Shown one piece after another: positions 52,022 to 61,379 of a stretch of 64,000 nt of DNA. Positions within the stretch are counted from its first letter, which is position 1, and every line of letters begins with the position of its first letter. A program made the translations under genes and the position numbers. Source of the DNA: Gammaproteobacteria bacterium (GTDB lineage Bacteria > Pseudomonadota > Gammaproteobacteria > SZUA-229); NCBI GenBank assembly GCA_026995045.1, contig JALWPK010000137.1:83-64082 (forward strand), in the 5' to 3' direction. Under the pieces are notes generated by a model. The model searched no databases and was not told the origin of the DNA. It saw only the letters and a list, made by a program, of their open reading frames with translations.

Positions 52022-54571
52022 TTACCGTTTGGTTACAAAGGTCATGGCGTGCGGGGTGGCGTTACCTGCACCAGCGGCGCGTGCGCCAGCAGCAGGCCAC
52101 GATTTGCCACTGTCACCGAAGTCCGGATCAATACAACCCTGAGGTGAAGTATTGTCGCCAGCATTGAATGAGGTATCCAATGTCAGCGATCCGGTCCAGC
52201 GGTTCAGCTTCATCATGCAGATGGTGTCGTCACCCACGGAGCCGGTGCCCGGCAGCACGTTGGTTTGACCCAGCAAGCCGCCCAGACCACCTGGCGCCGG
52301 CGTGCCGTTGCCACCGGTTGTGCCTGCGGCGGTGAAGCCTGTTCCCGGTACATAGGCGTCCAGCAGTCCAAGCGCTGCTTTCAGAGTGCCGGTGTCAGCA
52401 ATCGCATACTCACGCAGATCCACGAAGTAGTTGCTGGTGGCGACATAGCGCTCCAGTTCATCGTGAACCACAAAGTGAGGTCCGCCACGGGTGGTTTCCG
52501 CATCCGGATGATCGTCCGCCGTGCCAGGAATGCCGTCAGCGCCGTTACCATCGTAGTAAACCACTGAAGCGATGGTCGGGCAGTCTGGTGAACCGTTGTT
52601 TGGCCAGTATCCGGTTGCGCTGTACGCAGCCGCCATCGGGCCGGAAGTATGCTCCGGATGACCCAGAACACCTGACGGTCCCAGTGTCAGCGGCTCACCC
52701 AACGGGGTCAACGTACCCGGATCTTCAGACCACTTGCTCACGGCTGCAGGTGTCACACCGTCCATTTCATAGCTTGAATCATTACAGGTGTGGGCTGTGC
52801 CAGCGGCCAGCAGGTTTTTGATATCCAGCGCAACAACACGCATGGAGTGTTCGCCTGCATAATCGCGGTCATGCACCGGGTCGCCGCCAGCAGCAGCCGG
52901 AGGAGACACATCAGTCTGAATACCGGACAGCGGCACGATCAGGTAGCGGTCGTTGCGTGTCACGGTAAATACTGATGCCCCGGTACAGGCGCCGAAGTCA
53001 TAAACATTGCGGAACTCCGGAACCTGAACGGTTACGTCTGGTGAATAGAAGATGGAGCCACCACACATGGAAGCAACGAACGCGCCCTTGTGTGCGCGGC
53101 GGTTGGTCATGGCCATCGCCATCAAACCTTCGTTTTCCTCGTGGATCTGGTTATCTTCATGACGCGGGCCGTCCGGCATTTCCACAACCGCATACGGACC
53201 AGCGGCCATGTTGTCCATGTCCCACAAACGAATTGTGGTGCCCAGGTTCTGTGCTGAAGTCTGCGGACCTTCACCGGAGCCTGTCAGCGCCAGTGATACC
53301 GGGTCGGCATAGTCAGACGCCATGATGATGCCCTGACCACCCATCGGGTTGGGCAGATCCGGGCGTATGCCCACACCATGTGGATGCGCCAGCAGGCCGG
53401 TATCCGGGCCTTCGTTGATGCCGTTAGGCAGATCAACCGCGCCGGTATCCGGGCCAAGACCTACACCGGCGCCAGCCAACGGACCCGGAACCGGGTTGCC
53501 GTTTCCGTCAACACTGCCCAGCACAATCTGGGTGCGCGGCGCATAGCGTTTCGGCCCAAGCATGGGTGAACCGTCAGCAAATGTACCAGCGTTCGGCAGC
53601 GGCGCTGACGGGATGGCGGTGTACTCCGCAACCACCGTATTGGTGGCGGTATCGATTTCAACCAGGCCACCCGGCGTCGTCAATGTCGGCGGCAGGGTGA
53701 TGGAGCCCGGCACGAATGTGCCCTTGGCGCCCATGTAGGTGGCAATTAGATGACCTCCACCCATTGGCAGCAGGTCGTCCGTACCGGAGTAGTTCACCAC
53801 ATCCTTGCCACTGATGCTGAGACCGCAGAAGTTATTGGTGCGACCCAGCAGGTCTGTAGTGGTACCGGCTGAAGGCTTGATGTTCAGCGGGTCGGTGATA
53901 TCACAACCGAAGATATTGGCGCTGATCAAGCCGGCAGGGTAGATGTTGCGTGAACCATCGGCGCCTATCACATGCTGCACATTCATATGATGGGATTCAT
54001 TCAGGATGGAAGACGGCGCCAGAATGCCATTGACTTCACCCAGAATATCACCGAATTTTGCGGTGTAGTCTCCTGCACCCGGAATCGTACCGCCACCGGT
54101 ACCAGAGCCATCGCCACCAGCGACAATATCCAGCGCATTGTCAACAAAGTTCTCGGTTTCAGACAACAGGTGCTGATCCAGCACAATAGGCATTTCTGCT
54201 GTGTTGACAATCTGACCGTAGGTCGGCGAGCTCGGCTCGGCGTCAATCACGGCGAGGAAGTCAGCGTCCGGCATCGCGCCAGGCAGAGCGGAGACGCCAC
54301 CGAGGTTGTTCAAATCAGCAGGGCCATCTACCACGCCATCCGGCGGGTTGCCGTCGGTGCCATCAGGAAACACGATGGCGTCCAGCGGGCTGACATTGAC
54401 GCCATCGAGCATCTGGTCGCCCATCCAGACCACCAGGTATTTGTGAGCGGTGTTAAAGCCGGGGAAAAACCCAAGGGCATTCGCCTGCTGTGACACACCC
54501 AGCGTACCTGCCGATAACGCGGCGGCTACGCCCATCGCCGTAGCAGTACGTTTAAATAGTGAACATTTCAT
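52022..54571 (-). CDS. Secreted SBP56 / methanethiol-oxidase-fold beta-propeller, divergent, 849 aa
   Basis: Signal peptide ending QANA; YLVVW.GD, DFLAVIDAEPSSPTYG, NESHH, HPHG, SDY, TIRLWD, GGPHF, SNYF, LTLDTSF, terminal PHAM. Confidence 0.78.
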   Translation of the reverse strand: MKCSLFKRTATAMGVAAALSAGTLGVSQQANALGFFPGFNTAHKYLVVWMGDQMLDGVNVSPLDAIVFPDGTDGNPPDGVVDGPADLNNLGGVSALPGAMPDADFLAVIDAEPSSPTYGQIVNTAEMPIVLDQHLLSETENFVDNALDIVAGGDGSGTGGGTIPGAGDYTAKFGDILGEVNGILAPSSILNESHHMNVQHVIGADGSRNIYPAGLISANIFGCDITDPLNIKPSAGTTTDLLGRTNNFCGLSISGKDVVNYSGTDDLLPMGGGHLIATYMGAKGTFVPGSITLPPTLTTPGGLVEIDTATNTVVAEYTAIPSAPLPNAGTFADGSPMLGPKRYAPRTQIVLGSVDGNGNPVPGPLAGAGVGLGPDTGAVDLPNGINEGPDTGLLAHPHGVGIRPDLPNPMGGQGIIMASDYADPVSLALTGSGEGPQTSAQNLGTTIRLWDMDNMAAGPYAVVEMPDGPRHEDNQIHEENEGLMAMAMTNRRAHKGAFVASMCGGSIFYSPDVTVQVPEFRNVYDFGACTGASVFTVTRNDRYLIVPLSGIQTDVSPPAAAGGDPVHDRDYAGEHSMRVVALDIKNLLAAGTAHTCNDSSYEMDGVTPAAVSKWSEDPGTLTPLGEPLTLGPSGVLGHPEHTSGPMAAAYSATGYWPNNGSPDCPTIASVVYYDGNGADGIPGTADDHPDAETTRGGPHFVVHDELERYVATSNYFVDLREYAIADTGTLKAALGLLDAYVPGTGFTAAGTTGGNGTPAPGGLGGLLGQTNVLPGTGSVGDDTICMMKLNRWTGSLTLDTSFNAGDNTSPQGCIDPDFGDSGKSWPAAGARAAGAGNATPHAMTFVTKR

Positions 54572-54606
54572 AATTTACTCCAGTAACTATCTTGTAGAAA
54601 ACGCGC

Positions 54607-55179
54607 TCAGGCTGTTTTCTTTTTACGGTTGAACAGTCCGAGGCCAAACAGGCCTGACAGGAAAAGCGGCAAGGCTGCCGGCACGGGCACAACCGATGTT
54701 TGCGCCATGCCAATAACGTCTGTGCCGTTGCCATAGTTCACCGTTACACTGAGCATGACTGAGGAACCGGACAGCACCAGGCTGCCAAACGATACGTCCA
54801 GCGTGCCGAACATTGTGCCGCCGCTGAAAGTCACGCTGCCATCGCCGGGCATGCCGGTAACGTCATCCCAGGCCGCCATGCTCCAGCCGTTAAACGGGGA
54901 GCTGCCTACATTATTGATAGTCAGGTTGAGGTCGAACGACCCACCCATGCCATCCGTTTCGAATGTACTTAAAATCGGATCCACACCATTGACGGTAGAT
55001 GAATCTATAGTGCCGCTTACCGTTGATCCATCGATCACGGTATACACGGCTGCCTGACTGCCGCCGATGCCTGCCGCGCTGTCCTGATAAGCATCGATGA
55101 TCGCGGACTGCGCCGTCCCGGTCATCGCCATCAGGGCAGCCGAGGCGATCAGCCCAGGCCGTAATGTTGTTTTTATCAT
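54607..55179 (-). CDS. Secreted protein with VPLPA-CTERM (PEP-CTERM-type exosortase) signal
   Basis: GGAGG RBS before ATG 55179; signal peptide ending TAQS; C-terminus VPVPAALPLFLSGLFGLGLFNRKKK. Confidence 0.88.
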   Translation of the reverse strand: MIKTTLRPGLIASAALMAMTGTAQSAIIDAYQDSAAGIGGSQAAVYTVIDGSTVSGTIDSSTVNGVDPILSTFETDGMGGSFDLNLTINNVGSSPFNGWSMAAWDDVTGMPGDGSVTFSGGTMFGTLDVSFGSLVLSGSSVMLSVTVNYGNGTDVIGMAQTSVVPVPAALPLFLSGLFGLGLFNRKKKTA

Positions 55180-55324
55180 TTCACCCCTCCAGGTAGAATT
55201 TGAACATTTGTACTCATTACAGGTTTCTGGCACGTTTACACCAACCCAAGTCCGACTGACATAATGTCAGCCTTATCAATGACCCGTGTCATATCGCCGT
55301 GACAGTCACCACACGACGTTAAAG

Positions 55325-55340
55325 AGCAACAACCATGCCA
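55325..55340 (-). promoter_or_regulatory. Sigma-54 promoter of the VPLPA-CTERM / SBP56-like operon
   Basis: Minus strand TGGCATGGTTGTTGCT = GG-N10-GC; IHF-like AATTAATAAGTTA at 55361-55373. Confidence 0.8.
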
Positions 55341-55454
55341 ACAAATAAAAAATACTATTCAATTAATAAGTTATGATGTTTGTAGCGAATTACCCCTGCG
55401 CCAGCAAGGCTTTTATTAAGGCACGTTTAATGTTCACACAGCGTCGTCTAATAC

Positions 55455-55471
55455 TGTCAACAACACCGACA
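55455..55471 (-). promoter_or_regulatory. PEP-CTERM-box-like enhancer (TGT-N11-ACA)
   Basis: Minus strand TGTCGGTGTTGTTGACA, about 115 bp upstream of the -24 element. Confidence 0.65.
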
Positions 55472-55550
55472 CTTTTCGCCTTGCGCCATACAAAGGGAGT
55501 ATCAGTTAATATAATAAAAACAAGTAGTTAGAATATTACTTGAGGGAATC

Positions 55551-55578
55551 AAAAAAGCTTGCCACCAGGCTGGCAAGC
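55551..55578 (-). terminator. Orphan terminator-like hairpin
   Basis: Minus strand GCTTGCCA-GCCTGG-TGGCAAGC-TTTTTT with no ORF upstream on that strand. Confidence 0.55.
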
Positions 55579-56085
55579 GAGCCACGGCTTTCAGACATAT
55601 TGTCATATAATGGTAAAATCATGTATGTAATCTATTGATAAAACTGGGTTTAATTTTTCACATTGCATTTATACCGAAATTAAATAAACCGACACGTATA
55701 TAAGCGATGCATAATACGCCGATATACTGCTGAAATTTTGTCATGAACGGTATTTAAGTTGATAAAACATGCAAGGTAATATCTAATATAATCAATATAG
55801 TAGTATACTAATTTTTTAATTATACAGGTATTATCAATATTCTTTGATAAATACCGATATATATATAAACTTAAACCTGCTTCGCCTTACTATTATCGCC
55901 ATGATAAATTTCTGACATATTGTCGCACACCGTGCGTTTTCTCATCTCACCAGCATCAATCGTGACAATATGTCATGTTGCCGCCTGCAGAAAACTGCCT
56001 GACTGGCTTCCACGCTTCGCTATTTTCTATAAGCTATGTATGCCGGTTTCCAGAAACACGCTCTTTGGCGCTGTAAGGCATTTCC

Positions 56086-57603
56086 ATGAACAAACCACAC
56101 GCCATCACAAGGTTGAGCCTGCCGCCCCTGTTACAGGACGCGCTGGCTTTATTGCTCGGCTGCCTCATGCCACTTGGTTTCGCGCCCTGGTCATGGCATC
56201 TGCTGGTGGTTATCGCCCCTGCTTTGCTGATTTTGCTGGGCGACCACGCAACTGCGCGCCGCGCTGCCTGGCGGGGGCTGCTGTTCGGATTCGGCATGTT
56301 CGCCGGTGGGGTTTACTGGGTCTATATCAGCTTTCATGATTTCGGCCACCTGCACGCCGGCGCCGCGCTGACGCTGACGCTTTTGTTCATCCTGTTACTG
56401 GCCGCTTTTCCCGCTTTGCTGATGTTGATTGTCCATCCCTTGCGCCAGAATCACAGCCGGTTGCCGCTGGCGCTGGGTTATGCTTCTGGCTGGGCGCTGC
56501 TGGACTGGGTTCGCAGTTGGCTGTTTACCGGCTTTCCCTGGCTGGCGCTGGGTTATGCGCAAACCGATTCCCCTCTGGCCGGTTATGCTTCGGTGGTTGG
56601 CGTTTTCGGCGTCAGTTTTGTTACCGTTTTGCTGGCTGCGCTGCTGGCCAATCTTTTCGCCACCTGTTTCCGTTCAGGCTGGAAAATAATTGCCGTGATG
56701 GCGCTTGTTGTGGTGACCGGCAGCATCTTGTTCCGCATGGAATGGACCGAGCCGAGCGGTGACACGCTGACTGTTGCGCTGGCACAGGGCAATATTGATC
56801 AGGAAAAGAAATGGCGGTCGTCCAGTCTGCTCGATACGCTGGATCTGTACATGGAGCTGGTGGAGTCGTCGCTTGATGCAGACGTGGTTGTGCTGCCCGA
56901 AACCGCTATCCCGGAAAACCTGTCGCGCGTGCCGGACTTTATCGAAGCCATCGATGTGTTCGCCAAGCAACAGCAGGCTACGGTTCTGGTGGGCATTCCC
57001 ATCGACCGCAACGGCAAGTTTTATAATGGCGTCATGGCCTATGGGCAATCTCAGGGTGAATACCGCAAGCGACACCTTGTGCCGTTTGGAGAGTACATGC
57101 CCTGGCGGCAACAGATTCCTGCGCTGAAAAACATTCTTGATGCGCCCATGTCCAATTTCAGCCCAGGCGATGACCAGCAAGCTGTGATGAATCTGGGCGG
57201 ACATCCCGTCGGCCTGTCTATCTGCTATGAGGATGTGTTTGCCAGCACCATGTTTTCGACTCTGCCGGAAGCGGAGTGGTTAATCAACATCAGCAATGAT
57301 GGCTGGTTTGGCGACAGCGCTGCGCCTCACCAGCACCTGCAAATCACCCGCATGCGCGCCATCGAATCCGGTCGCTATATCGCGCGCGCCACCAACACGG
57401 GTATATCCGCGATTATCGATCATCATGGCGAGGTGCTGGCCAGCACGCCGCAATTCACACGGACAGTGCTGAAGGGGAAGGTGGCGCTGCGGAAGGGCGC
57501 GACACCTTATATAAGGGCAGGCGATACACCAGTAATCATCGCGCTTGCGCTGTTGTTTTTTGGCAGTTACCTGTCAGTCGCCCGCCGGTCTTCCAGCCGC
57601 TGA
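56086..57603 (+). CDS. lnt: Apolipoprotein N-acyltransferase
   Basis: FTGFPWL.LGY, QGNI; E-K-C triad in [22 protein letters not shown]; SNDGWFG, RATNTG. Confidence 0.95.
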   Translation: MNKPHAITRLSLPPLLQDALALLLGCLMPLGFAPWSWHLLVVIAPALLILLGDHATARRAAWRGLLFGFGMFAGGVYWVYISFHDFGHLHAGAALTLTLLFILLLAAFPALLMLIVHPLRQNHSRLPLALGYASGWALLDWVRSWLFTGFPWLALGYAQTDSPLAGYASVVGVFGVSFVTVLLAALLANLFATCFRSGWKIIAVMALVVVTGSILFRMEWTEPSGDTLTVALAQGNIDQEKKWRSSSLLDTLDLYMELVESSLDADVVVLPETAIPENLSRVPDFIEAIDVFAKQQQATVLVGIPIDRNGKFYNGVMAYGQSQGEYRKRHLVPFGEYMPWRQQIPALKNILDAPMSNFSPGDDQQAVMNLGGHPVGLSICYEDVFASTMFSTLPEAEWLINISNDGWFGDSAAPHQHLQITRMRAIESGRYIARATNTGISAIIDHHGEVLASTPQFTRTVLKGKVALRKGATPYIRAGDTPVIIALALLFFGSYLSVARRSSSR

Positions 57604-59490
57604 TTCAGCGATTCGCCTGTCCGGTTTTTTAAGATGCACCATCAGCAATGAAATCGCCGCCGGGGTGACCCCGGGGATGCGTGACGCCTGACCGATGGTT
57701 TCAGGTTTGTGCTGATTGAGTTTCTGGCGCACTTCGGCGGACAGGCCGCGCACCTGCTGGTAGTCGCTGATATTGCTGATGCGGGTGTTTTCGTGCCGCC
57801 GGGCTTTTTCGATTTCGCTTTGCTGACGCTCCAGATAGCCTTCGTAGCGCGCCTGGATTTCCACCTGCTCCGCCACCGCTTCGTCGCCGACGCCGCCGAT
57901 GATGTTACGCAGACTGGCGTAATCCATTTCAGGGCGGCGCAGAACCTCGCTGGCGCGGTACTCGCGTGACAGCGGTTTTTCCAGCATCAACGACACGGCG
58001 CGACCGGCGTCGCTGTCAGGCCGAATCACCATGTCGTTGAGGCGCTGCTGCTCGCGCTCGATGGCTTCGCGTTTTTCGCTAAATGCGCGCCACTGCGCAT
58101 CATCCACCAGCCCCAGCTTGCGCGCCTGCTCGGTGAGGCGCAGGTCGGCGTTGTCCTCGCGTAATATCAGGCGATATTCGGCGCGTGAGGTGAACATGCG
58201 GTAGGGCTCCTGCGTGCCCAGCGTCACCAGGTCGTCGACCAGCACGCCGAGGTAGGCCTGATCGCGGCCCGGCGTCCACGGCGATTCATCCCGGACGTGT
58301 CGCACCGCGTTGATGGCGGCCAGCAGCCCCTGTGCGGCGGCTTCTTCGTAGCCGGTGGTGCCGTTGATCTGGCCGGCGAAGAACAGGCCATCGATAAATT
58401 TGGTTTCCAGTGTGGCCTTGAGGTCGCGCGGGTCAAAAAAGTCGTATTCAATCGCGTAGCCTGGGCGAGTGATATGCGCGTTTTCAAAGCCTTTCATGCT
58501 GCGAACAAATTCGAACTGCACATCGAACGGCAGACTGGTGGAGATGCCGTTGGGGTAGACCTCGTTGCTGCTCAGGCCTTCCGGCTCGATGAATATCTGG
58601 TGCGAGCTTTTGTCGGCGAAGCGTACAATCTTGTCTTCAATTGACGGGCAATAGCGCGGCCCCACACCCTCAATCACGCCGCTGTACATCGGCGAGCGGC
58701 CCAGCCCCTCGCGGATGATATCGTGGGTGGCTTCATTGGTGTGGGTGATGTGGCAGGGAATCTGCTCCGGGTGTTGCTCGCGCGAGCCGGTAAAGGAAAA
58801 CACCGGCGTCGGCGTATCGCCGGGCTGCACCTGCAAATCGCTGTAATCGATGCTGCGCCGGTCAATGCGCGGCGGGGTGCCGGTTTTGAGACGACCAACG
58901 CGGAACGGCAGCTCGCGCAACCGCTTTGCCAACGCAATCGAAGGCGGGTCGCCGGCGCGGCCGCCTGCATAATGACTCTCGCCGATGTGAATCTTGCCGC
59001 CGAGGAAGGTGCCGACGGTGAGCACCACCGCCCGCGCGGAAAACCGCAGCCCCATCTGCGTGACCACGCCGCTGACGCGCTCGCCCTGGCCGCTGCTTTC
59101 CACGATCAGGTCATCCGCCGCCTGCTGGAAAATAAACAGATTCGGCTGGTTTTCCAGCGCTTCACGAATCGCGGCGCGGTACAGCACGCGGTCGGCCTGG
59201 GCGCGAGTGGCGCGCACCGCCGGGCCCTTGCGGCGGTTGAGAATGCGAAACTGGATGCCGGCGCGGTCGGCGGCTTTGGCCATCACCCCGCCCATGGCGT
59301 CGATTTCTTTCACCAGATGGCCCTTGCCGATGCCGCCGATGGCCGGGTTGCAGCTCATCTGCCCCAGCGTGTCGATGTTGTGCGTCAATAGCAGGGTTTT
59401 TGCGCCCATGCGCGCGCTGGCGAGCGCCGCCTCGGCGCCGGCGTGGCCGCCGCCGATAATGATGACATCGAAGGTTTCGCTGTAACGCAT
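57574..59490 (-). CDS. mnmG: tRNA modification enzyme MnmG (GidA)
   Basis: [61 protein letters not shown]. Confidence 0.98.
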   Translation of the reverse strand: MRYSETFDVIIIGGGHAGAEAALASARMGAKTLLLTHNIDTLGQMSCNPAIGGIGKGHLVKEIDAMGGVMAKAADRAGIQFRILNRRKGPAVRATRAQADRVLYRAAIREALENQPNLFIFQQAADDLIVESSGQGERVSGVVTQMGLRFSARAVVLTVGTFLGGKIHIGESHYAGGRAGDPPSIALAKRLRELPFRVGRLKTGTPPRIDRRSIDYSDLQVQPGDTPTPVFSFTGSREQHPEQIPCHITHTNEATHDIIREGLGRSPMYSGVIEGVGPRYCPSIEDKIVRFADKSSHQIFIEPEGLSSNEVYPNGISTSLPFDVQFEFVRSMKGFENAHITRPGYAIEYDFFDPRDLKATLETKFIDGLFFAGQINGTTGYEEAAAQGLLAAINAVRHVRDESPWTPGRDQAYLGVLVDDLVTLGTQEPYRMFTSRAEYRLILREDNADLRLTEQARKLGLVDDAQWRAFSEKREAIEREQQRLNDMVIRPDSDAGRAVSLMLEKPLSREYRASEVLRRPEMDYASLRNIIGGVGDEAVAEQVEIQARYEGYLERQQSEIEKARRHENTRISNISDYQQVRGLSAEVRQKLNQHKPETIGQASRIPGVTPAAISLLMVHLKKPDRRIAESAAGRPAGD

Positions 59491-59594
59491 GGATTTGTTT
59501 GTCAGCCTGGTTTCCGGAACCGGGTATTATAAACTGAATCAATAGCCTGGTAACCCGCCTGTGGCTTAACGGCGCCTGGCCATGGACTTGTTGC

Positions 59595-59615
59595 TGTATA
59601 TGACTATAATATACA
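59595..59615 (+). promoter_or_regulatory. TA operator palindrome overlapping a -10 box
   Basis: TGTATAT-GACTATA-ATATACA containing TATAAT, just before the brnT start. Confidence 0.6.
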
Positions 59616-59619
59616 CAGG

Positions 59620-59943
59620 ATGATTGATTTTGCGCTGATCACGGGTTTTGAATGGGATGCCGGCAATGCCCGCAAGAACGAAAAACACGGTGTCAGCATG
59701 GCCGAGGCGGAGCAGGTGTTTTTTAACCAGCCCTTGCTCGTTCTGCAGGATGCCCGCCACAGCCTGACCGAGCTGCGGTTTCATGCGCTGGGTAAAACAG
59801 ACGCCCGCCGTCTGCTGCATATCACGTTCGCCCTGCGACAACAAAACAGCAAAATCCGTGTCATATCAGCCAGACCCATGCACAAGAAAGAGCGGAATAT
59901 TTATGAAAAAGCCACCCGAAAAAATCCCCGAATTCCGCACTGA
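59620..59943 (+). CDS. brnT: BrnT-family ribonuclease toxin
   Basis: FEWD..N..KN.KHGV...EAE.VF, E.R..ALG, IRVISAR..ER..Y. Confidence 0.9.
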   Translation: MIDFALITGFEWDAGNARKNEKHGVSMAEAEQVFFNQPLLVLQDARHSLTELRFHALGKTDARRLLHITFALRQQNSKIRVISARPMHKKERNIYEKATRKNPRIPH

Positions 59944-60169
59944 AGCCGACGAAAGACGGTTCTGGGAAGAACATGATTCCTCAGACTACCTCGACTGGAA
60001 TCAGGCGGAGCAGGTAGTGCTGCCGAATCTGAAACCGACCACCAAAACCATTTCACTGCGTCTGCCGCAGCATCTGCTCGACGCCATCAAGTCCGCCGCG
60101 CACGCGCGGGACGTGCCTTATCAGTCGCTTATCAAGGTATGGCTACAGGAAAAGCTGCATGAGCGCTAG
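59903..60169 (+). CDS. brnA: BrnA/CopG-type RHH antitoxin
   Basis: IPEF.TEA.ER.FW..HD, TISLRLP..L..IK..A..DVPYQSLIK; overlaps the toxin gene. Confidence 0.88.
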   Translation: MKKPPEKIPEFRTEADERRFWEEHDSSDYLDWNQAEQVVLPNLKPTTKTISLRLPQHLLDAIKSAAHARDVPYQSLIKVWLQEKLHER

Positions 60170-60233
60170 CAAGGTTTTTGCGTGAGGCCGCTGAAAACTA
60201 TAAAGAAGATGGCTTACATTAAGGAATATATCT

Positions 60234-60440
60234 ATGCCGAATTATTTAAAAAAGTGGATGTATTTTTTATGTTACGCAACTATGTTCGCAGGTGCGTATA
60301 TTCTGTTGTTCAGAGATTATATTCGTGTGTATAAATACCGTAACTATGTTGATTTTGGTGAATATCACCAAATAATAGGTTTAACACTTATTGTTTTTGG
60401 CTATGTATTTTTACGTTTCGCAAAGAAAAAACTTAACTAA
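60234..60440 (+). CDS. Small 2-TM hypothetical protein, AT-rich
   Basis: AAGGA RBS; two hydrophobic segments; ends at ACTTAAC (RYYYAAC). Confidence 0.55.
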   Translation: MPNYLKKWMYFLCYATMFAGAYILLFRDYIRVYKYRNYVDFGEYHQIIGLTLIVFGYVFLRFAKKKLN

Positions 60441-60610
60441 GGCACTCGAAACATTATGCCATTACTAAACAATGTACCAAGCACTCTGTTCACGAAGAGT
60501 TTTTCGTAAAGTAGTAGGCGTGTAACAACAAACCCCACCTGTCAGCACAAGCATAGTGACGTTAGGTGCGGTGCTTTTTATGGTCAGGCGTAGTGCATTA
60601 TTAGAACTCA

Positions 60611-61333
60611 TTACTTTTGCTCCACTTCGATACCCTTTATGGCTTTCACCTGAGCATCTTCTTCTAACAATTTCACTTTTACTTTTTTTCCAGTATTAGT
60701 GCCAATGTAATTCTTTGATGCGGCAACAAGTATAGGAAAGACCCTTCGCAGGTCACCGCTTGTTCCTGTGCTTGTCACGATAGTTTTCCATAGTTGCACT
60801 TCCTTTTGTGACTTTCTGTATTCATCTAAATCGACGGCATCCAGCAGCATGAACCTGAAATAAGTTACATAAGAGCCTGAATGAGTTGTTGAGCCCGTAA
60901 CACCGTATGTTGGCGTATATGTTGTTGTGCCAGAATACATACCATAACCACCATACGAGCTAACCGTACCAGTTGTATAAGAAGATAACACTCCAGTTTG
61001 CCCCCATGTAGGCAATGAATATGTGTACTGGTGCTCTTGAGGATCGCCAATGCCGTAGCCTAGAAATATCGCGACATTTGCTTCTTGTAATGTTTCAGCT
61101 TGGATAAAACCCTTCTCTTGCAGCGCCCGATTTACATATCTTGCATATTCCTGGAACTGGAGACTGCTTGGTTTTGTATCTTTGTTCCCAGGCAATAGGA
61201 TATATGTTTTGTTGGATCCAGCATCTCCAATTGAATCAACGTTGACATAAAATGTTGGAGGCCGCATGTTGGCACAACCAGACAAAAGCAGCACACTAAA
61301 CCATAGAGATATTATTACAATCTTTAATTTCAT
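60611..61333 (-). CDS. Hypothetical lipoprotein (DUF4136-like), cassette-like
   Basis: Lipobox LLSGC; Thr/Gly/Tyr-rich core; flanked by GTTAGAACTC and GAGTTCTAAT. Confidence 0.85.
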   Translation of the reverse strand: MKLKIVIISLWFSVLLLSGCANMRPPTFYVNVDSIGDAGSNKTYILLPGNKDTKPSSLQFQEYARYVNRALQEKGFIQAETLQEANVAIFLGYGIGDPQEHQYTYSLPTWGQTGVLSSYTTGTVSSYGGYGMYSGTTTYTPTYGVTGSTTHSGSYVTYFRFMLLDAVDLDEYRKSQKEVQLWKTIVTSTGTSGDLRRVFPILVAASKNYIGTNTGKKVKVKLLEEDAQVKAIKGIEVEQK

Positions 61334-61379
61334 ACCGTTCTCCCTTACGAGTTCTAACTATTTGTTATAAGCTATAGAC

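Larger units (their letters stand above)
55256..55975. repeat. Four copies of the palindrome TGACA-N3-TGTCA
   Basis: CTGACATAATGTCAG 55256-55270; AGACATATTGTCA 55593-55605; TGACATATTGTCG 55913-55925; TGACAATATGTCA 55963-55975. Confidence 0.7.

Noticed and set aside
52022-54571. Canonical methanethiol oxidase mtoX
   Set aside because: GPHF instead of GPHW, about double the length, and no mauG or sco1 neighbours; reported at family level only
55228-55244. Second sigma-54 promoter TGGCACGTTTACACC
   Set aside because: Good -24 element but CC instead of GC at -12, and no adjacent gene on that strand
55827-55855. FNR box
   Set aside because: Half-sites are in reverse order (ATCAA-N6-TTGAT)
55180-56085. 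oriC, because the region is AT-rich and near mnmG/parAB
   Set aside because: No clustered DnaA boxes (TTATCCACA) or GATC-rich 13-mers seen; promoter motifs explain the region better
39850-59600. parS sites near parAB and mnmG
   Set aside because: No TGTTNCACGTGAAACA-like 16-mer found by eye; GGTTTCCGGAACC near 59510 does not match
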